Notes: generated by a model not told the origin, from the sequence alone. Shown: positions 26,204 through 38,706, counted from the first letter of the stretch. The stretch: 64,000 nt of DNA from Squalus acanthias (GCA_030390025.1 CM059432.1:28398001-28462000), one strand, 5' to 3'. Translations and numbers: made by a program.

Positions 26204-27374
26204 CTTTAGGAACATGAAATATAATCATTTTATCTCCCGTTTTCCAGTATTATTTAATCAGGAGGTTATCCTCTGCTACATCTATTCCTCCTGTACCCCA
26301 TCCCCCATGAAAAGTTTACGGTTCATAGTCTTTACACACGTGACATTCCTCAGAGACAGTTTGGTGTCTGCAGTACAGATATGATGTCTAGCTACTAACC
26401 TGCCTCTGCCTTCAAGGCCCCTGCTCCATTACAATGGGTCAATGGTCTAAATAAATGGATCCAGGTAATTGTAGCCGCTTGTAAACTTCTGAGGTCAGTC
26501 AGATGGTAATTGTAACTGCTTGTAAATTTCTGGATCCTGATCAATGGCTGGATTTCCATCCCTTTTTTAAGATCATTTTGCATGTGATGCTTTGAAGTGT
26601 GACATCTGAAGGTACATTTTCCTCTGGGGTTTCTCACTGGACGTCCGAAAGGTGCAGCACGCTTGAGGTGCACCGAGCCTGTCTAAAGTGAGTGGCCTCC
26701 AGCTGTACTTCTGGCGGGCTACATTGGAGCCTTAAAGTTAGTGCGGAGTGGAGGTGCGGTTTTAAGACAATTGGAACTTGCCTGCAAATTGTTGCGGCTG
26801 CTCCAGGATCTTCGCAGACCCTCCGGTTTGCAGAGAGCCCAGTGCAAGCCCTGTGTCAGGTTTCTGTGGGTGCTCCTTCGCTGGGGTGCCCAACGGTTGG
26901 CCAAGAAGGAAAGTGAGGCGGGAGGTCAGGAAAGATCCTCCTGCCCAGTTATTGTGGCATGTTGGGCCTACACCTTTTACAGGTGCAGGTCCTCTGACAA
27001 TAACTTTGTGAAGCCTGAAATGTTAACTTTTCTTTTCTCTTATCTGGTGCTGATGAGCCTGCTGTGATATGTCTGGAATTTTCTCATTTTATCTCAGATT
27101 TCAAGCATGCATCTTTGCATCAAAACAAGTTTATAAGGCAAATTAAGCATGGCAGCCTCGCTAGACAGGAGGACAGATTGGAGAACCAGGGACATAACGT
27201 TATAGCCCTATCTTCGACCCACGGTCCTGTCTGGCAAGGTTGTTCACCAGGAGCGAATCCTTGCTGAACTTGTCCTTATGAGTCTCGCCTCCTGTACTGA
27301 GTGGACATAAAGGAGAACATAAAAGTGTTAACACCAGACTTGAATGTATCTTAATATCTCACATTGCTTCATAC

Positions 27375-27425
27375 CAGGCAATGAGTTCTTCTCTTCATAC
27401 TTCATCTTCTTTTCGCTTTTCACTC
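27375..27425 (-). CDS. PHF20L1: PHF20L1 coding exon (GVKSEKKMKYEEKNSLP); acceptor may instead be at 27437
   Basis: Donor G|gtatga. Peptide resembles human ISKTEKKVKLEDKSS. In-frame cag acceptors at 27425 and 27437. Confidence 0.72.
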
Positions 27426-28612
27426 CTGTTGGAAGCACTGATAGTTTAATCTCCCGCCTCCAGGCGGATCTTCAACATTACCGAGTATCTACAGAAACAC
27501 ACTTGCGAAAAATTACCATTTAAACAAAAATCGTTGTAATTCTATTTTGACATATTCCCTTAGAATACACATTGATATAAAAAAAACAAGTTGCACTATC
27601 CAGTCTGATGCTAAGCCATAGAAACCAGGACGTTCAATCTCATTACGTATGCCTAGTTATTTGATGTTAGCTACGGTGATAGAAGGAATGCTACAATTAG
27701 TTATAGTAACCCTCGGCTAGGGAGGGGAAAGGTAGAAAAAATGTTCAGCTGTGGTTGCCACTCCCGATTGCTATCCAGTACTCCTGCTGGAAATGCTTGC
27801 GTGTGCTTGTTGGGCAAGGACAGGATTGGGCTCAACTGTGCTGTCCGCCACGCAGAGCCACAGAGCCTGCCGACACTCACTGTCGAGGCTCACACATGAA
27901 GAATGGCCACTTGGGTGAAGTACCGGAGTGCTGCTGACGCCCGTGGAACTGTGCTCCTAAGATGAACCTTCGGAAGATAAGGGGGAAAATTAGAGTAAGA
28001 AAATTTAAAATAAAAACAGTACTAAACTTGATACTAAACCTAACAATCCAGGATGCCTCTGAATGCATCTCCAGCTGTCAATAATAACTAAACTGAAAGT
28101 TAAGGAAGCATACGCCTTTACTCCACAAATGAGGGAAAAACTGACTTATGTTTTCCAGATTGTCGCTGAGCACCCAACACCCAGGTAATCCACCCGCCAC
28201 CTTTAATTTCAGCATAAAAGAAGTCACCTGAGTCTTATGGTTACTAACATTATATACCAAGATACCGATGATATTGGGAACTTGCTCTAGCAAGACTAGG
28301 GTCTCTAGACTTTTCCTCCGAGACTGCTGAAGACTTGATTTGGCCTGCAGATTCAGAGGCAAATTTATTCATCTCAGTTGTGCTTCAAATACACGTGATT
28401 GCACGAATGGCAATTTCTGATGTTAGAAGTAAATTTGATCAGAAAGAGATTTCCATGTGTAAAGGTTTACTATGAACAGTGGTAATACCAGTTTTTAACT
28501 AATTTGGGGGTGGAAGGGGGAGTTGTATCAATTTTAAGCAGAATTGGTTTGAACAAGGTTAATCACCGTAAGTCTGTTCCTGCTTCTATGGAATAACAGA
28601 AATGGTTTTTAC

Positions 28613-28828
28613 CAACTTCTGCATTTCTGTCTCTGTCGACACATTTCCTAAGTATCTTCTCGTGCACAGTCTCCATGCTCTTCTCCTTCACAGGGGGGGT
28701 GGGATGAGTGTCGGTCCCTTCCGTGCTGAATGACGCAGATGATCGCTTCTTCTTGCAGACTTTGGAGGGTTTGATGCTTATATCAAGAGGCATCTCCAGC
28801 TGCAAGGCAGGGAGATGGGATGATGGTG
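28613..28828 (-). CDS. PHF20L1: PHF20L1 coding exon (SPSSHLPALQLEMPLD...KKKRSSASFSTEG...NAEV)
   Basis: Acceptor ctaatcctctag, donor G|gtaaaa, 216 nt, phase 1-1, open frame. Confidence 0.82.
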
Positions 28829-29240
28829 CTAGAGGATTAGAATAGAGTACAATTGTAAAATTCAAAGCACTGTCATTTGCTGCTGAGTACAGTAGACAAA
28901 AGTTAATAAGCACCCAGTTGAAGAAGAATGTGTGTTAAACCGCTATGCATTGACTTCCTAATTCTAGCAGTGCCACCACGATAGTGTGTTGAAAGGCGGG
29001 CAAGGTCCCTTCCCCAAGGAGATGGAAGGTTCACCCTAGACCATTCTTGCATATTTGTAGCTCTTTTCAGACCAGCATTAACAGATCTGGGGACAGATTC
29101 TCCATTCTCCCTCTTATCCACAGATGGAGTTTGGCCCATGAAAATCAATGAAGAGTAACAGGAGCACAAACGGAAAAGAATCTTTGCAGAGGCAACAATT
29201 CATTTCGCAAACAGAAATGGAAAATGTACTGGTTTATTAG

Positions 29241-29504
29241 ACATGATGTGGAGATGCCGGTGTTGGACTGGGGTGGACAAATGTGAGAAGTCGCACAACA
29301 CCAGGTTATAGTCCAACAGCTTTATTTGAAATCACAAGCTTTCGGAGCTGCTGCTCCTTCGTCAGGTGAAGTGAAGCGATGCATATAGGAGATGCATATA
29401 TGCATCTCTTCACTTCACCTGATGAAGGAGCAGCAGCTCCGAAAGCTTGTGATTTCAAATAAAGCTGTTGGACTATAACCTGGTGTTGTGCGACTTCTCA
29501 CATT
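29241..29504. mobile_element. Penelope-like palindromic element with hammerhead-like cores
   Basis: 110-bp inverted arms (29278-29387 / 29397-29506, 2 mismatches); 11-bp TSD tggtttattag; CTGAYGA-AGGAGC-AGCA-GCTCC-GAAA on both strands. Confidence 0.8.
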
Positions 29505-31657
29505 TGGTTTATTAGTGGGGGAGGGGGGGGGAGAGTGAAGGGGGAGAATTCTGTCACTTACATCATGGTTTGACTAAGACCCAAAGATACACGGGGGGGG
29601 GGGGGGGGGTGAAATTGGTCTTCGCCAGTAGTGCGAAACGGGCCCATATTCTTGGACAAGAAAATCCGGCACAGTGTAAAACGAGCTGTCGATTTGCTAT
29701 GAGTCCATTTCACTCGACTAGCATAGACCCATTTCACCTCCATTGACTCAATATAAATGAACACACATGAGTGAAACAACACTGGTAGACAACATATAAC
29801 TTCTAAACAAAATATTGCAATAATGCTCTAAGTGGCAGGAGCTGCAGGCAGTTTGCATTAATGAGGGTGCTCAGCAAAACAAGATTCAGCATTAAGTCTG
29901 TCATACTGGCAGGTGTACAAATACAATTTTCAGTAAAATCCACTGCAGTGCTGTTGCTAATCATGCACTACAGCAACAAATGCACTTAAAGGGAAGGAAC
30001 TAGTGGAGCTAGTTTTTATTCAAGGTACTTTTTACTTTCAAAAAAATAATTGTGCTGACCAAGGTAACAGATGATAGTACTAGGAAATAGGACAGTTTCC
30101 ACTTCAGGCAACCAGTATCAGCATCAAGCACTCCCATGTCAGGTACAGCAAAGCTAGATGTAGAATAAAGCTCCCCCTCTCTGATCCAACCATAAACTGA
30201 GAAGAGTAGCTCCTAGTGTGATGTTTCCCCCCATTTTTTGACACCAACCATCCCTAGTCCTGTATGAATGACATTGCCAGTTAGTACCAAGTTCAGGGCA
30301 GTTTAGTGTTGCTGGCTCCACTGGGAAATGCATTGAGACTTTCTAAACTCATTTCTCAAAGGACAGCCAGGGAAGGGACTTTGATACTCGTCCCGGCTGG
30401 ATTTGAACCCTTGTCCCAGAGATGAAAGGTGGCCTGTACTCTGCCTTGTTAATGCAAGAAAAAAAATATAAACTCATCTTGCATTTATTTGTCGCTTTCT
30501 TAAAATTTCAATATTCCCGACAGCATGAAGGACCCTCAAGTGGGCTTTCATTCCCATCTGACCACCCCAGGTGATGCCAATTCTGGGTGTTCCAGACCAG
30601 CTCCACTAGTGGGGGTGCAGAAAGAGAAGTGTGTCTCACCCCAGGAAACCATGTTACAGCCTGGGAAATTTTGATTTCCCCTTGTTGCTAATGGAGCCAC
30701 TTGAAGGTGCTCCCAATAATCGTCATAACTGGAGTGGCCGAGCAGGGAGGGAAGCTCTAGTTGAGTTTTCATGCCAGCAGGGAAACAAACACAACAACTT
30801 GCATTTATGTGGCGCTTTTAACGTAGAAAAACATCCCAAGGCGCTTCACGACATGGGTTTATAATTTTCAATGCTTTTCCTTTCATTTAAGCTTCAATGC
30901 TGTGATGACTCATTTCTTATTCCAATTTCTCCCCTCCTCTCCTGAAGGTGTAAACTCTCACCGGGTACAGTTTCACAGATGCCAGCAGCCCCAGCCCCAC
31001 CCCCATACCCTGGTACACCGTTCTACACGTGCGAGTCTAAACAGTGAGTATCAGCACATTATTCAATACAGAGGGCATCGATACTATCCTCATCCAATAT
31101 CCACACATGCACATTTTTCTAGCAACAGTCATTGGATAGCATTGGGGCAAGGAGGTGGGGGCAGCAGCCTATATCATTTCTCCACCCCCTCTCTCCCCTC
31201 TTCCAAGCTTAGGGATGAGGAGGCCATTTGGGATGCCCAAGTAGGGCCCTAACTGAGATCAACCAGATCAGACTGAGGATCAAGCTTTGATTTGCGTTCT
31301 TTAGCATTATACCGGGTGCAGCTTGTATCCACTAGGCTATCGGAATAATATGGTTCTCTTAATTAATCAGTTCAAATTGCTGCCACTGCTAGTGACACGA
31401 ATATTTCACCAGTGTTGTACAGTTCAGAACACTCTACACAGAGGCAACCCAATTTTGGAAGGACAAAACCTATTAAAAGTGTTTTCTATGGTTCATGTAT
31501 ATTGAACAAAAAGATCAAACACCACTACACTTTACTGAATTCCCAGTGACAACACTAGCACAGGCAGGTCGTTTTTGTACCAGTGTTATGTTTGAAAGCA
31601 TAAATACACCCCATTTTATACAACACTTCAGATATTGGGTTTTGGCTTATAGTAGTC

Positions 31658-32195
31658 GGGGTACGGTAGCATAGTGGTTATGTTACTGGACTAGTAATCC
31701 AGAGGCCTAGACTAATGATCTGGAGACGTGAGTTCAAATCCCACCACGGCAGCTGGGGAATTTAAATTCAGTTAATTAAATAAATAGTGTCAATAATGGT
31801 GACCATGGCGAGGTGGGGGCAGCAGCCCTAATCATTTCTCCACCCTCCTCTCCCCTCTTCCAAGTTTAGGGATGAGGAGGCTATTTGGGATGCCCAAGTA
31901 GGGCCCTAACTGAGATCAACCAGATCAGACTGTTGATAAAAACCTATCTGGTTCACTAATGTCCTTTAGGGAAGGAAATCTATCGTCCTTACCTGGTCTG
32001 GTTTATATGTGAGTCCAGACCCACAGCAATGTGGTTGACTCTTAACCCTCTGAAATGGCTTAGCAAGCCACTAAACTGCTACTACAGCAGTTCAAGAAGG
32101 CAGCTCACCACCACCTTTTCAAAGCAATTAGGGATGGGCAATAAATGCTGGCCTTGCCAGCGACGCCCACATCCCAGGAACGAATAAAAAAAAAA
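31658..32195 (+). mobile_element. tRNA-Thr-like SINE with LINE-derived tail and poly(A)
   Basis: Box A tagcatagtgg, anticodon arm ctgga-ctAGTaa-tccag, box B gagttcaaatcc; tail nearly identical to 54760-54870. Confidence 0.88.
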
Positions 32196-34680
32196 GTACG
32201 TTCGACTGAAGCTCCAGAACACAGGGAAACAGATTATTAGCTGGTTCTACAAACCGCCCACTGACTGGATCAGTGGATGCTGATTAAATGAGTCTCACAG
32301 GCAACGCAAGCACTGTGCATGACTGCTGGCTTTGTCATGAGTGCTGAATTTGCTCTGAGTTTTCAGAGCAAATATGGTGTTTACATAGACTCTTGCTGTG
32401 CCCAAACACAGCCAATCCCTAACGATCTCAATAGGGTTGAGTTTACACAGTTGAATTATGTAATGTAAGCCTGATTTTACAGACAAGTTAATTACTCTAG
32501 GTTTTGAAGACAACATGGCAAATCACACCCTATTACTTTACACAATGCTTCAGTGCAAGTACAGAACTCCGAACCCTTATTTCCGAGCAGCCACCCATTA
32601 GTGTACATACCAATACCCTCCAACCTGCAAAGTTGAAAATCAGGGACAGGCTTTCATAATAAGGGTCAAATGGGGTGAAATCAGGTATACTTTATTTTAC
32701 TATGTATCACAGCGTTAATATTCAAATGATCTATCATTTTCACTTTTGTAAATACCAGAATCATTTAAGAAACAGTTGAATACTATGAATGTGACACTGT
32801 AGGTGCTTTCTTTATGAATGAACCAGGCCTTCATCATCTGTTATCTATCTTGTGATCTTATTAATTATCTGCTTCTGATGAATATAAAGCATTGCTGTGG
32901 TTTTCCCAAATCAGGAACAAATTAAGAGAGTTTCAGTCTGGCATGAGCTTAGTAACATAGGAATTACTCAGCACAAAAAAAGACCGAGGTCTATCTAGTT
33001 CGCCTTCTACCATCCTGGTAGTCGCATGATACAGCGATAATGGAGTTGTTGACTAATCGTAGCAACCAATCTCTATCAATTAGACTACAACAGAGCCAGA
33101 TATGACAAGAGGAAAACCCCAGTGGTTGTGAGCTTTGGGAACCATAGGTCCAAAGTCACCTGTTCCTCCCAAGCATGCTACACTTACCACATGTCATGCT
33201 TAATCTGTTTTCTATTTCAGATTTCTTAATAAAAAGGATTAATATCATAATCTGATGAAATTTACTTTACACTATGTAAAGAAAGAACTTGCATTCATAC
33301 AGGCCTTTCATGTCCTAGGATGTACGGAAGCACTTCACACCAATGAATTACGTTTTATATAAATAAGTGTTGCGTCTGAAAATGTGACGGCTAGTTGCAC
33401 ACAGCTAAATTCCACGAACAGAAAATTAGATAAATGACCAGTTAATCTGTTTCGGTGGTGAGACTGATGGATGAATATTGCCCAGAACCCTGGGAGAACT
33501 CTCCACTCTTCTTCATATAGTGCCATGGGATTTTTTTAATCCACCTGAACAAACAGATGGGATCATGATGTTATGGCCTAGATATTCGATAATGCCCGAA
33601 ATTGAGCACACAGGGGCAGGGTGCATGCTCGCGCCTGTTCACACAGTTCCAAGCAACATGTTAAAGTTGTGCTGGGGCCTCATTAAAATGATTCAGGTGT
33701 GATTTATTGGTTGCATGCATTGGGGTGTGGGGGGGAGGGGGGATGTGTGTGAAGACAACCAGTACCTCCTAAAGGGGAGGTGCACCATGGCTGCAGACAG
33801 CACAAAACGTTGTCAAAGGGCTAAAATGGCTGCAAGAGGTCAGACAGGGCACTCAGGTTCTGTGATGCTGCGTTGGAGGATCTGGTGCAGGAGGTGAACA
33901 GGAGGGAGGAGGTGAACAGGAGGGAGGAGATCCGGTTCCCTTCCAGGGTCCGAAACCCCTTCAGGACATCGTTGTAATGCCAAAAGAAGTTCAATAATCT
34001 GACCAGAGTTGTCAAGGTTAAGAATACTGCTCTCTGCTTACACCTCCAGCCTCACTACTCACAATACTCCTCTCCGCTGCTTCCCTTCACTCTCCTACAA
34101 TCACTGCACCACACTTTACTCCACCTCCTTCTCCTTATACTCACACACTCACCACTATCGCAACCCTCACTTCCCCTCATCTCCACATTGCACACCTCAT
34201 AAACTATTCGACCATGACAGGCACATTCTCTAAACATCTCACAAGGATGTCACTAATACACTCCCTCTTTCTCGCAGGAGAAGATCGCTCCAGAATGGAG
34301 GTCGAGCCTGCCTGCATACGCTCTCACCGTAGAACAAAACGTGCTGGCCATCACAGGCATGGGGAGAGCCATGGCAAGTGGCAAAGCTGGAGGAGACATC
34401 ACGCAGGGTTTCTTCACACCGTATCCTCTTTGTCCTTTCTTACTTCTATGTTGTTCTGTATGACAAACTGCAGCTGCTTTCACAGCCACTTCTTCCTCTG
34501 CTCTGCCTTCACACTAAAAGCTAAGTCTTGTCCCTCTCTTTCATTTCAGGTGTTGAAAATGTGGAGATACCTCTGCCACCAGGAAGAGGAGTCCGGTCTT
34601 CCTGAATGTGCAGCATCACTCCATCTGACCATAGCCAGCACCAGCTCAGAGACTGGCACCATGAGTACTTTAGAGACTAG

Positions 34681-35362
34681 GGGCTGGATTTTGATACTGG
34701 GGCGGGTTGGGGTCGTGTTATCCACCCGACTGCAATTGGATGTGGGAGATTGATGCAATTTTCACCTAATTGGGCAATTGAGTTCCAGCATGTGGGAACC
34801 CATGAACCAATTAGTGATTTCAGTGTGAAAGTCACCTCTGATGATGTCATCATTGCTGCTGCATTGAAGGACTGCAAAGACTGCCTGGCCTTTGCTGTGA
34901 GAGGACCTGGATGGAAGTCTGTTCCCAGATATTTTTGAGTTTGAGAGAGAAAGAGAGAAAGAAAGAAAGAGAGAGAAAGAGAGAGAGAGAGAGAGAAGCA
35001 GCCCTACGTCTGCTCCCACATATTTTCCTACTGCTTCTCCTTTGTAATAGTGGACCTGCAGATGATAGTCAGCTTTCGAAATGTGCTCCTGCCAGGTTTC
35101 ACAATCGTGTTTCAGAACAGGCGTGCTTCATGTAGAACAAGGGTTAAAATCACAAAGGCCTTTCAAATGGCATTATAGAGCCAATTTAGTGCTTGTTAAG
35201 GGCCTTAACAGCCCATCCCGCCTCTTAAAGGCGGGACGGAGTCGGGACCAGCAGACACGATTTAATGAAAATTGCATGGAGGCGGACTTGTACCCACCCG
35301 CCAGTTTTTGCAATTTTAACCCCCCACACGCCTCCAAACCCGGGTCAATGAAAATCCAGCCC
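34681..35362. mobile_element. Harbinger-type MITE nested in the Harbinger remnant
   Basis: TIR gggctggatttt / aaaatccagccc; 3-bp TSD tag. Confidence 0.88.
34940..34996. repeat. (GA/GAAA)n microsatellite
   Basis: Seen directly in the sequence. Confidence 0.9.
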
Positions 35363-35399
35363 TAGGTGAGAGGAGGAGTCTTCATGTAGTGAATCGCCA

Positions 35400-36300
35400 G
35401 GCACAAGTTGCAGGAGCTAGGGCAAGGGGATAAGATGCCACAGGTACCAGCTTGCTGGAGGGTGAGATTACACACAAGCTCGGCTGCAGAGGACTTAGAT
35501 GGTGATTTCGTGCGCCCAAACTACCAAGAAGGCTAATGGGCATACATCAGGAAATGCCAGGTGCACTGGGCAGCCTTCCAGCAAGCTTGCGCACAACGGT
35601 TCAGAGCATCGATGAGTCATGTTTCAACTTGTGTCGGGGCTTCATGTAGATCATGGAGAACGGTCTGTCCAACATGGACTGAGTGGTCAGCTCGATGAGC
35701 ACGACAGTGGTGCCCATCACGATGGAGCCTTTGTTGACAGCTTCCGTGGCAGCAAACACAGACCTCCATGATATGCTGCCTGTGGTCGTAAACAAGTTGG
35801 ACAATGAGGGAGTGGAATCCCTTTCTATTCAGAAAGATGTCAGAAAAGTGGAGAGAACATAAGGCAATTTAGGTGCAGTCTATGGCAACTTGGACCCTGG
35901 GGAAGCCTACAATGCAGGAGAAGCCTAGTGCTCTCTCATCCTGCTTCGCTCTGTCCATGACGAAAGAGATGTAGGTGTTCCTCCTGGCGTAGAGATCCGC
36001 GATGACCTCCCTGATACAACGATGGGCTGCAAGCTAGGAGATGTCGCTGATTTCCCCTGCTGCAGCCTGGAAGGAGCCAGATGCATAAATGTTTAGGGGC
36101 ACGGTGATCTTGACAGTCACAGACAGTCCATGTCCTGTTTCGAGGCTCGAGCTGTGGCTGTAACAGGTGATATAGCTCGGTGATAGCCTCCTTTATGAAG
36201 AGAAGGCACCTGAGACATGGCTCCTCAGGGAACTTCAGGTAGTAGATGTGCCTCCTGAACACCCGCTGTGGGTATGGCCTCCTGCACAATGTCCTCCTCC
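35400..36300 (-). pseudogene. Harbinger (HARBI1-like) transposase remnant, frameshifted
   Basis: RRPYPQRVFRRHIYYL..EEPCLRCLLF.KEAITELYHLLQPQLEP, continuing in other frames, includes GFPRVQVAIDCT. Confidence 0.75.
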
Positions 36301-36995
36301 TCCCTCATCTCTTGTTTTGAAAGTAGCCAAATATAGTGCAGCAGCACCAAAAAACTTCTTCTCAGAAGTAGGAATTCAATTATAGAAGGCTGAAAATAGG
36401 CCAAAACACACCCAGAAGGTAACCAGCAGTCTAAAAGGACAAACCAGCAACTAACTGTATGTAGTGAATGGTCCCTTTAAATAGCGCTGTTGGAGGGTCC
36501 TTGACAGATAGTGCCACAAGTTGCTGAGCGAGTTTATCACGTGGCGAGTCAAGCGCTGGGTCAGCCCAATTCAGAAAAGGGTCCGACAACAAACGTAGGA
36601 CCTGCAGTTAAATATTTTAATGAGCGCTTTAAAAACTTCTGGTTTGCGCCCTTGATGCCTACAGAGGAGCCCTATCTAATATGGTGGGTTGCGCAGGACG
36701 GGCATGTACACACGCGACGCCCACCATATTGAACATTAGGTGCACGTATTGTGTGTAAAACAGGCGCGGTGGCAACAAATTTCTACGTCAATGTCTTATC
36801 CGGAAGACAGCACCTCCAGCAATGCAATACTCTCCTCAGAGCATGGTCGTGGCCTGTGCCACTGCTATAAATAGGCAAATTCAAGTAATTCTAGCTACTA
36901 ATATACTGTTGACATCAATCAGTGAGCAGGTGTAGCTGCTTACAATTTTAAGCTCCAGGTCAATGACTGGCTTTCCTTCCCTTTTTCTAAAGATT

Positions 36996-37685
36996 GGGCC
37001 GTATTTTCCGATGCCTACGGGTGGGTACGGGCTGTGTACACACTCGTAGGGACATCAGAAATGCCGGTTTCAGGCCTGCGAAGCCCATGTGCTGAAAACC
37101 GGCATTTCCGATCTGTCAAGAATGCTCGACAGATCGGACGCCTGCCCTAGAGAAGGGCCTCTGCGGGCGATAGTTCCACTTTCTGGAGAACCTCTGCCTG
37201 CAGAAAACCCTTAGAAATCTTACGCCTGGTAAAAGCAGCATAAGAGTTGAAAAAAAGTTTAAAAAAAATGTTTTTTCACTCATTTATCATTTAAAATACT
37301 TTTAAAAAAGGTAAATTTATTTTTAGCCCCGTAAAAAACTTTAATCATTTTTTCAAAAAATTTAATTATTGTAATAATTTGAACTCATTTTAAAAAAGTG
37401 ATTTATTAAAAATAATTTATTTAATGTTTTACTGTGTTTTTGGGGTGATCTCCATTCATATATTTGACAGGTCTATCTGTCAAGTGTATGAAGGGAGATT
37501 CCCTTCTCCTATTGGCTCCCCATGGCCCACGTGATCCCAGGGACGCTTGCGAACCGCGAATTTCGAGTTTGGAGAGGCCCAGGAGAGGAAGTATACGCAC
37601 TTCGGGAGCCCTCAGGTAAGTTCGTAGATTTTTCCAGATCGGAGGCCTCCGCACGCAGGAAGCCTTCGATCGGAAAATACGGGCC
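36996..37685. mobile_element. Harbinger-type MITE (inverted relative of 46066-46744)
   Basis: TIR gggccgtattttccgat / atcggaaaatacgggcc; body homologous to the second copy; TSD not clean. Confidence 0.85.
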
Positions 37686-38418
37686 ACAGTTAGTAATAGC
37701 AGCATAAAAGTGCCATAACAAAGTGTGACGTCTGACCTGTGAGATCTGGTGACTGATGCACACACTCTACACACAAGAACGTAAGATTTTTGTATGGCAT
37801 GCATTTTGTCCATCACACTTCAGGTGTCACATCTGGATGTCACACTTTTCTACATGCAAAATCTGTGTCACACTTGTATTGAAAATAGAGAAAGGAAACC
37901 AATCATTTGTAATCTACATAGTAACTTCCCCAGCAAAAGAAAATACCTAATTCATACAGTGCATGTAGCCCCCTAATTCACCTCAGGATTTACAGTTAAA
38001 AAAAATGAAAGAGAAAGTCAATCTGACCTCTAACTGACCCAAGCATCTGCATTTCAAGAATACAGAATAATTATACCTTGTAGCCTTAAAGGAAAACTTT
38101 AGCAGCAGAAGAATATTGTGCATTGTATGGTTTAATACTCCTATCCTTATAAAACAACACATCCTCTTACTGTGACCAGCACCAGTGTCCTATTAGACTC
38201 CCACCCAATCTAAAAACAGTATATAAAACAGGCAAATGCTTCTTAGTGGGAGGGGTGGTCTTGCAATAAAAAGGGAATGCATGGGCTATAGTATAAGAGC
38301 AGCTGGTTCAAAACTGCCCCGAAATGTTCAAAATAAATTCTATCCACTCGTTCTTGCATTTGCGTGTAACTGTCCTTGAGAATATCTCTAGCAATCCAAT
38401 TACATTTTCTATACTTAC

Positions 38419-38706
38419 AAGAGGAATTCGACAGAGTTCTCCGTCTCTTCAGCTCCAGGCTGTCCACTGTTGATGCTGGCATGCTGGCTGAGGTGGCACG
38501 AGTCCGCATCCCACTCTCCAGTGAGCCAGTCTCTGAGTCGGATCCTTTCTCTGCATTGTGGTAATACTTTACGTGGTAATCTAGCAGCTTGGCTTTACGG
38601 AAAGCCTTGAAGCACCTGGGAAACTTGCACTTGAACTTGTTGTGGTCAAGCTCTATGACCAGTTCTTTGGGAGCTAATGGATCCTCTGTTTTTTTGGCAT
38701 TAGTTA
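38419..38706 (-). CDS. PHF20L1: PHF20L1 coding exon with C2H2 zinc finger (FKCKFPRCFKAFRKAKLLDYHVKYYH)
   Basis: Acceptor ccctcatctcag, donor T|gtaagt, 288 nt, phase 1-1. Zinc finger is PHF20-family like. Confidence 0.93.

Larger units (their letters stand above)
33575..36789. mobile_element. Decayed PIF/Harbinger transposon inserted in a Deu-SINE
   Basis: Degenerate TIRs ggcctagatattcg / caaatttctacgtc (10/14); flanks tat/aat; SINE halves at 33283-33574 and 36790-36840; transposase remnant on -, probable Myb/SANT remnant on + from about 33826. Confidence 0.72.

Noticed and set aside
27482..27488. 7-nt microexon ATACTCG|gtaatg
   Set aside because: It would shift the frame and leave an implausibly short intron.
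28799..28801. Acceptor ccttgcag as the start of this exon
   Set aside because: Phase 0 is incompatible with the upstream phase-1 donor; 28828 fits.
30100..30430. Possible LF-SINE-like element on -
   Set aside because: Only a box-B-like head is recognisable; too diverged to name without a database.
31658..31750. tRNA-Thr gene
   Set aside because: It has an insertion before the T arm and continues into SINE body, so it is a retroposon head rather than a tRNA gene.
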